64,000 nucleotides of DNA from the NCBI RefSeq assembly GCF_020745735.1, contig NC_083413.1:64914001-64978000 (forward strand), in the 5' to 3' direction. Both the position numbers and the translations under genes were made by a program. This document shows positions 22,801 through 33,499 of the stretch, piece by piece (position 1 is the stretch's first letter; the number at the start of each line of letters is the position of its first letter). A model generated the notes under the pieces. The model made no database searches. It was not told the origin of the DNA and saw only the letters and a list, made by a program, of their open reading frames with translations. This DNA is from Hemiscyllium ocellatum. Its lineage: Eukaryota.

Positions 22801-25382
22801 AGGCCTCTAGGAATTCTCTTGGCATGTCTTTGCTTAGCCTGTCCCAGGATAGATGTGTGGTCCCAGTCGAAATGGTGGTTTATTTCATCTGTGTGTAGGG
22901 CTACGAGGGAGAGAGGGTCGTATCTTTTTGTGGCTAGCTGGTGTTCATGTATCCTGGTGGCTAACTTTCTTCCTGTTTGTCCTATATAGTTTTGTGGCAG
23001 TCCTTGCATGAATTTTGTAGATGATGTTGGTTTTGTCCATGGGTTGTACTGTATCTTTTAAGTTTGTTAGTTTTTGTTTGAGAGTTTTGGTGGATTTGTG
23101 TGCTACTAGGATTCCGAGGGGTCTCAGTAGTCTGGCTGCCATTTCAGAAATGGGGCTTTAGTTTGAGAGGAAGTAATTGAAGTTGAGCTGGCATAACTCA
23201 AAATGGCCATTAAAATTCCTGGAACCTGAAAGTTGCTGAGCTCAACAGGAATTTATAAAGAAGTGACGAAATAACAAGGCAAAGCAACTATTGTTATATG
23301 TAAATTTCTGAAAGGGAACACCACTTTGAAACTGAAAATGTGATCCAAGAGGTTTAATTATCCAGTCATTAATATTCATTAACTGGAATATAGATCTCAC
23401 ACAGATTAGATTAGATTACTTACAGTGTGGAAACAGGCCCTTCGGCCCAACAAGTCCACACCGACCCGCCGAAACGCAACCCACCCATACCCATACCCCT
23501 ACATTTACCCCTTACCTAACACTACGGGCAATTTAGCATGGCCAATTCACCTGACCCGCACATCTTTGGACTGTGGGAGGAAACCGGAGCACCCGGGGGA
23601 AACCCACGCAGACACAGGGAGAACGTGCAAACTCCACACAGTCAGTCGTCTGAGGCAGGAATTGAACCCAGGTCTTAGATTAGATTACTTAGATTTGTAA
23701 ACTTAGATTACTTACAGTGTGGAAACAGGCCCTTCGGCCCAACAAGTCCACACCGACCCGCCGAAGCGCAACCCACCCATACCCCTACATATACCCCTTA
23801 CCTAACACTACGGGCAATTTTAGCATGGCCAATTCACCTGACCCGCACATCTTGGGACTGTGGGAGGAAACCGGAGCACCCGGAGGAAACCCACGCAGAC
23901 ACGGGGAGAACGTGCAAACTCCACACAGTCAGTCGCCTGAGGCGGGAATTGAACCCAGGTCTCTGGCGCTGTGAGGCAGCAATGCTAACCACTGTGCCAC
24001 CGTGCCGCCCTAGGACCTTCACATTTTCTATGAGGAAGTGGCATTTGCACTACAGTTATAGCTGGAACAAAGATCATCTTCCAAATTTCATTTTGTCGTT
24101 TTTAAGTCACCTTGCGCTGGCATGTTATAACACACCTCTGGAGGAGGTGGGATTTAAACCTGGCTGTCCTGGCACAGAGATAGGGACATTACTACTGTAC
24201 GTCAAGAGCCCCCAAATGAGGTAGATTGAAACCTTCCCCACCTCACCATCCATATACAGGGCGACCCCGGTAACTACAGAATCATTTTCCGCACTTTCAG
24301 TTACCCGCAGATTACTGCGGCCCAAACATATTATCGGGAACCAGGGGTCAGGAGGTTGCCTGGAAGGTACATTTCCCATTGAAGTGATTGGGTTCGCTCC
24401 TATCCGCGGTTTCCGGCTTCCGTGGTAGATCCTGGAACGCATCCCCCGGGGTATGTGGGGACTACTGGATGTAAAAGGATATCTGGGGAGCTCTGACAAT
24501 GATCACCAAAATTTGACTGGATGGCTAATTTGTGATTGAAAGTGATGACAACAGCGTGGATTCCATTCCTTCATCAGCTGAGCTAAAAATCACACAACAC
24601 CAGGTTATAGTCCAACAGGTTTGATTTGGAAGCACTAGCTTTCAGAGCGACGCTCCTTCATCAGGTGATTGTCAGGAGCGACGCTCCGAAAGCTAGTGTG
24701 CTTCCAATTAAACCAGTTGGACTATAACCTGGTGTTGTGTGATTTTTAACTTTGTACACCCCAGTCCAACACCGGCATCTCCAAATCATTCATCTGCTGA
24801 AGTCACTATGAAGGAGTTGCCTTCTCAACCTGTTCCCTCATCTAAGGCATGGTGACTGTAGGGTAAAATCATGACTGAATTGTTATTCTTTAATTAGAGA
24901 TTGGGACAATGACGATTTTACTTTCACTTCTCACTATCTGGGAATGTGAACATGAATACACCATAATTCTACTGGCAAAGTAAATAAGCTTCAACCGTGA
25001 TCATTTATATACAAGACAAAGCATCGAAATGTTTAGTGTATATTTCAGTGTAATAGTAACATCATTTTATTTGCACTTAAATCAGCTCTTAACCAGTTGA
25101 AGTCACACCGCCTTGATCTGAAAGGACGTGGTCATCTCGAAGAAAAATCAAAAGACGTTTAAAGGCCTTTGAAAAAATAATTTATCATGTTAATCGATTA
25201 TCACGAATTTGCGAATAAAAATTCTAAAACTAAATTCTTGTTGCTGGTTCAAAACTTGACATGCAGATAACAGAAAGCATATATTTTACTTTACCTGTGA
25301 TCTCATCCTTCCTTTTCACAAACTTCAGCGTACGGTCGTCTGGATCGTAACGCTTTTCTATTTGTTGTTGTAGCGTTGTCAT
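19835..25382 (-). CDS. Minimal RBR-type (RING1-IBR-RING2) E3 ligase, 4 coding exons: 25295-25382, 22289-22386, 21506-21679, 19835-20302; 275 aa
   Basis: Manual splicing gives GT-AG introns with compatible phases (1,0,0) and one open frame: [176 protein letters not shown]...RACPTCGRLLEHNQSGCKNIRCSRCFVEFCFVCL...VWKQRGSH*. IBR-like (CPGC..CIIC..FCWQC) and RING2/Rcat-like (CPTC..GC..CSRC..FCFVC) Cys patterns are present. Confidence 0.92.
20510..21410 (+). mobile_element. Old degenerate CR1 fragment in RBR intron 3
   Basis: L.ADKSLAPDEFHSRDLKEVA tether/RT motifs with stops and frameshifts. Confidence 0.8.
22530..23150 (-). mobile_element. Penelope-like element 3' fragment (GIY-YIG endonuclease + pLTR)
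   Basis: Frameshifted NIIYKI..NYIGQTGRKLATRIHEH..HHFDWDHTSILGQAKQ..REFLEAWHS. Confidence 0.88.
23404..24010 (-). mobile_element. Two tandem HE1-type SINEs (23404-23675 lacking the head; 23702-24010 full length)
   Basis: Two near-identical bodies, each with a (tctaa)n tail. Confidence 0.92.
24257..24467. mobile_element. Tigger/pogo-type MITE resembling MER44
   Basis: Left end TA|CAG..., right end ...GGGGACTACTG. Internal tttcagttacccgcag..gcggcccaaacatatta and ggttcgctcctatccgcggtttccggcttcc..ggaacgcatccccc resemble my recollection of the MER44/Tigger7 consensus ends. Confidence 0.6.
24585..24790. mobile_element. Second family of palindromic hammerhead-bearing mini-element (related copies at 44280-44458, 54828-54996, 5627-5725)
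   Basis: Arms aaaaatcacacaacaccaggttatagtccaac / gttggactataacctggtgttgtgtgattttt. Minus-strand CAC-CTGATGA-AGGAGCGTCGCTCT-GAAA-GCTA-GTG at 24633-24667. Confidence 0.75.
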
Positions 25383-25436
25383 CTCCCAGCTGTATAATGT
25401 GATCTTTGTACAGAAACACTGAATATAAATTGGACT

Positions 25437-25446
25437 GGAAAGTCCC
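25437..25446 (-). promoter_or_regulatory. Canonical NF-kB (kappaB) site GGGACTTTCC upstream of the RBR gene
   Basis: Plus strand GGAAAGTCCC is the exact reverse complement of GGGACTTTCC. It lies 55 bp upstream of the RBR ATG and is followed by a TATA-like TTTATAT (25423-25429). Confidence 0.65.
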
Positions 25447-25979
25447 TTCCACAAGTCAGCACAGGAAGCTGGCAGCATTCACTGCGACTTAAATGATAAT
25501 ACACAACGCAGTTCTCGCCGTATTTTGCCGGTGATAAGCCGACCTCGATGTAAGTCACACATTGTTTCTTTATATGCAATGTTACCATGTATTAGCTAGC
25601 AGCAGATTAAAGGTGACAAATTATTTTTAGCATAACCGCTGTTGCAGACAATGCTGAACACTTAAGCACAGGAAATACCTTTTTGACTTTTTTTATATTA
25701 GACATTGGGTTGCTGACAAAACTACCAAAATGAGTTTATTATGTATCACCAGTCACACTAAGAATTTGGTGATTATGGGCTTTCTTAATCTGCTGCATTC
25801 CTTAACAGGTTGGTGCTCCCAGAATGTTGTTAAATTCCAGCATAGTGGCCCATGATATTAAAGAAATGTTCACATATGCCTATATCCGTGTTGTGAAAAA
25901 CTTGGAGCTGATGGTGACTCCACATATAACCTGCCTGTGTCTTTCTGAACAGTAGGGTTTACTAGTGAGGATAATTTGG

Positions 25980-26273
25980 TTGGCACCTTGGCTCAGTGGT
26001 TAGCACTGCTGCCTCATAGTGCCAGGGACCTGGGTTCAATTCCTGCCTTTGGTGATTGTCTGTGTGGAGTTTGCACACTGTCTGTGTCTGTATGGGTTTC
26101 CTCCCACAATTCAAAGATGTACAGGCTAGGTGAATTGACCATGCTAAATTGTCCCATAGCATTAGGTGCGTTAATCAGGGTAGGGGAATGGGTATGGGTG
26201 AGTTACTCTTCAGAGGGTCGGTGTGGATGTATTGGGCCGAAAGGCCTGTTTCCATATGGTAGGTAATCTAATC
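25980..26273 (+). mobile_element. HE1-type SINE
   Basis: A/B boxes, core and tail. Confidence 0.88.
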
Positions 26274-26739
26274 CTTTCTATGTTATTTGAGTGAATTGTT
26301 GCAATGGGCTCTATCATTCCATTACGGTCATGAAATGTTTTAATTCAGGAATTACTTTTTCTGCTTTGTCGTAGAGGTAACAATTAAATAAACGTTTGTG
26401 ACAATTATGGTGTGGAATTTGAGAGTGTTGCAACAGCCACATCCATCTCCATCCCATAGCTTCTCCCCATCCTCTTAACTTGAGCTTTCTGAGTATCAGA
26501 AAGGCTTCAAGGAGTCAGGGTAGGAATCATTCATTACAGAGCTCTCAGTTTCTGTCCTACCTTTGGAGCCACAGTTTTAATACAGCAGGTCCAGTTAAGT
26601 TTCATTCAGTGATGACTGCCAACATATTGATGGAAGGAGATTCAGTCATCTTGTTGTTGTTTCTTGGTAGTCAAAATTGACATTGGCTTCAATAGATTGG
26701 CATCAAATCAGTAAAAAAAACCTAGAGGAGGAATTCCTG

Positions 26740-27290
26740 GATAGTGTACAGATGTTTTCTGGATTAATGTGTACAGGAACCAATTGGAAATCAAGGATGG
26801 GAGAGTGAACTTTGAGGAGGATGTGGAGATGCTTCAGTGCAATATGGATAAGTTGAGTGAGTGACCAAATGCATGGCAGATGAAGTGCAATGTTGATAAA
26901 TGTAAAGTTATCAACTTTGGTAGCAACAACAGTAAGGCAGTTTACTATCTGAATGACAATAGATTGGAAAAGGGGGTGGCACAATGTTCTTGTACACCTG
27001 TCACGGAAGATAAGCATGCAGGTACAGCAGAAGGAGAAGAAGCAAATAGTAGACAGGCTTTCACAATGAGAGGATTTGAGTCCAGATCCAGGAGACATAA
27101 TTTAAGGATTTGGGGTGGGTCAATTAGTACAGAGATGAGGAGAACTTCCTTCACGAACAGCTCCTGTGGGAGTCTGTGCTCCAGAATGCTGTTCAAGCCA
27201 AAAATATTGAATATTTTCAAGGAAGGCTTAGATATAGAAATAGTCAGTGTTCCAAGAAAATGAGCAGAGTTGGTGAAGTGCAGCCATGTC
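26740..27290 (+). mobile_element. Degenerate CR1 fragments
   Basis: WQMKCNVDKCKVINFG motif; TEMRRTSFT. Confidence 0.7.
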
Positions 27291-27460
27291 AGCCATCAGA
27301 GAATTTAATCTCATTTAAGGAAGAGAAAAAAAGTGTTCGACTTGCCAAACGTAAGTATGAGATTAAGCATCACATTAGTCAATTCAGTACTGATAGCAAA
27401 TGCCATGTTAAGTAAGCTAAAGAACCCCCTATCACACATGACATGGCAGACATTTTTTTT

Positions 27461-27771
27461 TAGATTAGACTTACAGTGTGGAAACAGGCCCTTCAGCCCA
27501 ACAAGTCCACACCGACCCGCCGAAGCGCAACCCACCCATACCCCTACATTTACCCCTTACCTAACACTACGGGCAATTTTAGCTTGGCCAATTCACCTGA
27601 CCCGCACATCTTTGGACTGTGGGAGGAAACCGGAGCACCCGGAGGAAACCCACGCAGACACGGGGAGAATGTGCAAACTCCACACAGTCAGTCGCCTGAG
27701 TCAGGAATTGAACCCGGGTCTACAGGCGCTGTGAGGCAGCAGTGCTAACCACCGTGCCACCGTGCCGCCCA
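27461..27771 (-). mobile_element. HE1-type SINE (young, CpG retained)
   Basis: Near-consensus copy. Confidence 0.92.
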
Positions 27772-28209
27772 CAAATTATCATGGGTGAAGCTGGGAGTGG
27801 TCTTGCTCACGCCTGCAGGAACTGATTATCTTCTAAAAATTAGTTAATATTCTGAATGCTGGGAATTGGACTAGTAAGATCATAAAATGTCTAAAAGAAT
27901 ACTTTGGTCAGTACAACATTCCAGATATTGTAGTGAGTGGCAAGGTTAAATTAAGCATTTAGCTGTTCCCTAAAAGACTGGGAAATTCAACACTGCATCA
28001 TCTCTGTTCTATCTCTGGTCAAATCAAAAGTCTAAAATGGCAATGAAATTCCTCCAGGATCATGATGAAATCAAGCAAATACAGCATAGACTTGTGCAAG
28101 GCAATTAAATGGAGAAAGTCATCTAATGTATGTATGGAAAGTAGTCCATTCCAAAGACTCCCTCAAGCTACACTTCCTATCATTAAAAACTGCTGAAACT
28201 AGAAGTATT

Positions 28210-29545
28210 AATGGGCATGAGTGACAAAATCAGCAAAATGACAGAAAGCCAAGTCTTACTTTGATAAACTGAGTGCAAATTGAGGGCATTCTGGCAAAGT
28301 TTGCAGATGATACAAAGATAGGTAGAGGGACAGATAGTATTGAGGAGGTGGGGAGGCTGCAGAAGGATTTGGACAGATTAGGAGAATGGGCAAAGAAGTG
28401 GCAAATGGAGTACAACGTGAGAAAGTGGGAGGGAAGAAGAGTAGAAGCATGGACTACTTTGTAAATGGGGAGAAAATTCAGAAGTCCAAAGGCATTTGGT
28501 ATGCTTTCATTTATTGGTCAGTATAGGAGTTGGAAGGTCATGCTGCATCTGTACAGGACATTGGTTAGGCTACTTTTGAAATATTGTTTGCAATTCTGGT
28601 CTCACTCCTATTGAAAGGATGTTGTGAAACTTGAACAGGTTCAGAAAAGATTTACAAAGATGCTGCCAGGGTTGGAGGGTTTCATCTATAGGGAGAGACA
28701 AAATAGGTTGGGGGTGTTTTCCCTGGAGTGTCGTAGGCTTAGGGGTGACCTTGTACAGGTTTATAAAATCAGGAGGGTCATTGATAACTTAAGTAGACAA
28801 GGTCTTTTCCCTGGGAGGGGTGAGTATAGAACTCGAGGGCATAGGGTTAGGGTGAGAGGGGAAAAATTTAAAGGGGACCTAAGGGGTAACTTTTTCATGT
28901 AGAGGGTGGTGATTGTGTGGAATGAGCTGCCAGAGGAAGTGATGGATGCTGGTACAATTACAACATTTAAAAAGCATTTGGATTGGTAAATGAATAGGAA
29001 GGGTTTAGAGGGATATGGGCCAAATGCTGGCTAATGGGACTAGATTATGTTAGGATATCTGATGGGCAGAGAAGAGTTGGACCAAAGGATCTGTTTCCAT
29101 TCTATACGTCTCTATGACTCTTAGTCTATACTTGATGGGGTTTGGAAGAAGGAGGGTGGATCTAGTTGAAACTTACAGAACACTGAATGGCCCGGACAGA
29201 GTGGATGTTGGGAAGATGTTTCTGTAGGTAGGAGAGACTAGGACACGAGGGCATAGCCTTAGAGTAAAAGGAAGACCTTTTAGAATGAAGATAAGAAGAA
29301 ACTTCTTCAACCAGAGAGCGGTGAATCGATGGTATTCTCTGCTACAGAAGGCTGTAGAGGCCAGGTCATTGAATGGATTTAAGATGGAGATAGATAGGTT
29401 CTTATTGTCAAGGGGATCAAGGGTTATGGGGAGAAAGCAGGAAAATGGGATTGAGAAACTTATCAGCCATGATTGAATGGCAGAGCAGACTCAATAGGCT
29501 GTATGGTTTAATTTCTGCTCCTATTTCTTCTGGTTTTATGGTCTA
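28210..29545 (+). mobile_element. Two adjacent CR1 3' fragments (28210-29120; 29130-29545)
   Basis: AKFADDTKIG, LEQVQKRFTKMLPGL and RRNFFNQRAVN motifs; two separate CR1 3'UTR tails. Confidence 0.85.
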
Positions 29546-32500
29546 AAAATGCCAAATCATTGCCCAACCTGAGCATTAGTGAGGCAATCAGAGTGTACAT
29601 AGGGTTTGGTTTGCAACTTGGTGATGCAAAATGATACCAACAACATCGGTTCAAATCCCACACCAGATAAAGTTACCATGAAAGTTGCGCCTTCTCCACC
29701 TCTCCCCTCACCTGTGGTGTGATAACCCTCAGGTTAAACCATCACCAGTCATCTTTCTCAATGAAGGAGAAGCCTTATGAGGCTATGATAATTTTTACTG
29801 AATAAACTTGCAAACCTCTCAACAATAAGCAGACCAGATGGCAACTTATGATCATTTTGTTTCGTTGTCACTTCAAGCATATATATGAAATAATTGTGAA
29901 AGACCAGATATATCCTTGCAACTGAGGGCATCTATCCACAACTAAAGAAGCTGTGCCATCAATGTAGTCAACTTACCAGGAAGGCTTTATCACACCACTT
30001 ACACCGAGTACAGAACAACAATCAATCTCAGAGGTCCATCATTCCCCAGCAGCAGAGCTGGATCACCAGCCCCACTTACCATGGCAACAATACTTCCACG
30101 GCCCAGCAATGGCACACTCCCCTAGTACTGAGAAGTTGTTAACAGGTGAACAGCAAACAACAGTGTGCTCCATTTGGATTTAAATCACCTGTGTGATCTA
30201 AGGACTACACCTGTAATACATGTGCAGAGACCAGGGAATGGAGTAGACAAGTGTTAATACACAGTCTGATTAAGGAATTATAATTTTCTTTATGGCCATT
30301 TATAATAGTTATTTTGAATGATTTGATAATTATAAATAATCATGCGTGTAAAACCCTTTACATTTATGAAAAGGTAGATGATCAGAGAAGTGCATTTTTA
30401 CTTGGTGTTTGGCTGGCTTTCTGTAATCATGTGACCTCAACCTCTGCTGTACTTGTGTATGTGTGCACCCTGTGCCATTCATTAAACAGACACTCATGTT
30501 ATGAAGCTTCATAATATCTAAGAATTTGGAGTCTAAAATGGAGGGAAATGGATTTTTGATTCCAGTTTTGTGAAGATCTGACTTTTTACAAAACGTTCAG
30601 CAAATCAAAAACATTGATTTCAAAACAGTATCAGCAAGAGGTCATGTGATTTTAGTTAAATGACTAACAAGCCAGCTTGCAGCTAATTGTTCATGTTTTT
30701 CCTCACTTTAATTTTACCTGCACCAGTGGGAGAGAGAAGTGACTGAAAGCAGTTTCATGCAGCAGAAAGAAACATATCAACATAGATGCTCCTATTAGCA
30801 GTCCCCATGCAGTCAGGGCTGGGGAGCACTTAATCGTCAGTTAGAAGGGAGTTCCTGAAGCAGAAGGCTCTGGCCACGTCAGAGATGAAGACATGATAGG
30901 GGTTGTTGAAGTCCTGAGTTTTGGAAACGCACATTAAATAATAGTGAGCTGAGTTAGCAGTTTATGTAAGAGTCACGCGAAGAGACATTATCTAAGAAAA
31001 TGGTGAATTTGCAGAAACTTGCTGCTTGGAAAACAAGTACAGCTCTGCCAGCTGAGCAAAAAGGTTTAGCAAACAATAAGAGTAGTTTTTCATTGAGGAT
31101 GGAGTTTCTGTTAGGGTATTACTGACATAAAAGAGATGAGATCATTCCAATTGCTCCTGTCTAGAGTAATGCAATTTATGTTTTTTTTGTATACTGTAAC
31201 AGTGTTTATGTTCTCTTTCTAAAAGTACATTGGCTTTTCCTTGTGAATATGCTCAGAAATGAAAAATTAAAAGTAAAAATGAAACTTATGATTAATGCCA
31301 GTGCTTCCTTTTGAGAGCTGACTTGTGCAAAGTTACTATCATCTGGGATTACAATATTTGAAATAGAATTCTTATATTTTTGTTTTGTTTTTCAGTAAGA
31401 GGTTGGGATTATAGGAATTGGGGATTGTTTGATATGAAGGTAATTCCCCGAAAACATTTGTTCTCTTTTTCTCTTCTTCCTGATTTCAAAGTTCACTTCA
31501 CTCAAGGGAAGAAGTTAAAATATGTTGACTGATACATTTCCTCCTCATTTTGTTTTATAATGGCAGTAACTTAGAAATTCAGCAGCAATACTTTTAGAAT
31601 CATGGTGAGTTAGAAGATGGCCCATATTGTTGCTCCTTGCAGTACATTGATATATAACCTGTGTGTTGTTACAATGCCGAGAGTGTGGTGCTGGAAAATA
31701 CAGCAGGTCAGGCAACATCTCAGGACCAGGATAATCGATGTTTTGGGCAAGAGCCTTTCATCAGGAATTAGGCTACAATGCATCAAACCCTGCAGAGAGT
31801 GCAAAAGAAACTGTGCTATGGACAACAATTGCAGCAGTCATTGTACAAGTGAGGATGAATAGAAATAGTAGGGCCAGGGAAATATAAAGATTGAGATGGG
31901 AGTTATTCTCAATCCATTCCATTTATAAATAACAGGAGAATAGCCTTTTCTGGACTGGTGTAGGTATGTTCATGACCTGAAATTCCTCTCCAAGTTACAT
32001 TATGTTCTGATTTGGACATAAATAATTGTTTCTTTGTCTACTCTTGGTTGAAGTCCTTTGAAACTCTCCCTAACAGCTTTGCAAACTTACCTTCACCACA
32101 GAAGCTGTTCAACAGCGAAGCTCACCAGAACATTTTAAATTTAGTGTGTGTGTGTGTGTCAGGGTGGGTTTAATAAAAGTTGGTGTTTCTAGTGACATTT
32201 ACATCCTTAAAGTGAATAAATTTAGCCAGCTCTTCCATGAGGTGAGGAATTTAAGGGTATTTAAGAGAATTTAAGGGTACTTAAATAGTTCCCTTCTGAG
32301 GAAGAAACAAACATTTATTTTGGGTTTAATAGAAGCAGAAAGTAAGGTGGAGAGCAACCAACCCGCTCCCTGGAAGCAAGTTGTCATTGAAATAATGAAG
32401 CTATGATCACATGGTAATTTCATTTGCAGATTGAATCCTGGCCAATCAAGTTCTCTTGACCTTGGAAAGCAAGGAAAGGCTTGGGGAGGAGATAACTGAT

Positions 32501-33499
32501 TTTACAGCATACCAGCAGGTGAGCCCTCTTGGTGCTCTAAATTACTTGCTTCCCTGGTATAGAACCTACTTCCTCCTTCCCATTCTGAAATACCCCATCC
32601 AAAACACCTCCCCAACCCAATGGTTGCGCCCACCTTTTGGTCACAATTCAGACAACTCAGTCCTTTGATCTGTCTCATTACAATGTTGAGCACTACCCTA
32701 ACCCCCACCGTCAAGGAGGGTTGGGCCCGGGAACACCAGCATTAGCTCTAGCCTGCTTCAGACCGGCCCTCTATGCTGACATTTGGGTTGGCATCCGATT
32801 AAGAGAAAAGTGTGCCATCAAATTGACTAAAATTCCAAACCTCTGCTCAGGAAACAGAGCTTTGTCAGTATCATAGCCAAAGCTTTGAAAGTAAAAAAAG
32901 ACAAAGGTGACAGAAACACTCATCAGATCCGAGAGCAGTAATTGATAAACCATGATTGGTCAGTTGATAAAATTATTATAAGCAATGATGATTTTTTTTT
33001 CTCTTATATATTACCCTGTGTACTATATACCACAAATAGGCAGATTCTGTTGAGCGAGATATCTTGAAGTTTATTTACAATGTTATCTTTTCACAGGCTA
33101 TAATATCACAGACATGCAAATATATCTGAGTTCTGTGTTTACTGATGTTACTGCATAATACACACATCACCAAATCCCTACCATGACTCCATTATACAGA
33201 AAACGTGTGTGAAAGAGATGACTGCATTTCTACCTCAGAACAGACAGGCAGGAGGCTGGAAGAACACAACAAGCCAAGCAGCATCGGGAGATGCAGACGT
33301 CACTTGCTGTGTTCTTTCAGCCTCCTGCCTGTCTACTTTGAATTCCAGCATCCGCAGTTTTTTGTTTCTACCTCAGAAAGACATATATGATGTTATATAA
33401 TTATCTTAATGAATCAGAGCTGTCAGCTCTGAAATCTATTCCAGAGATGATGGTAAAAGGGGAGGTGGGGGTTTGGGGGGTAGTATTACTGCAGCTGAG

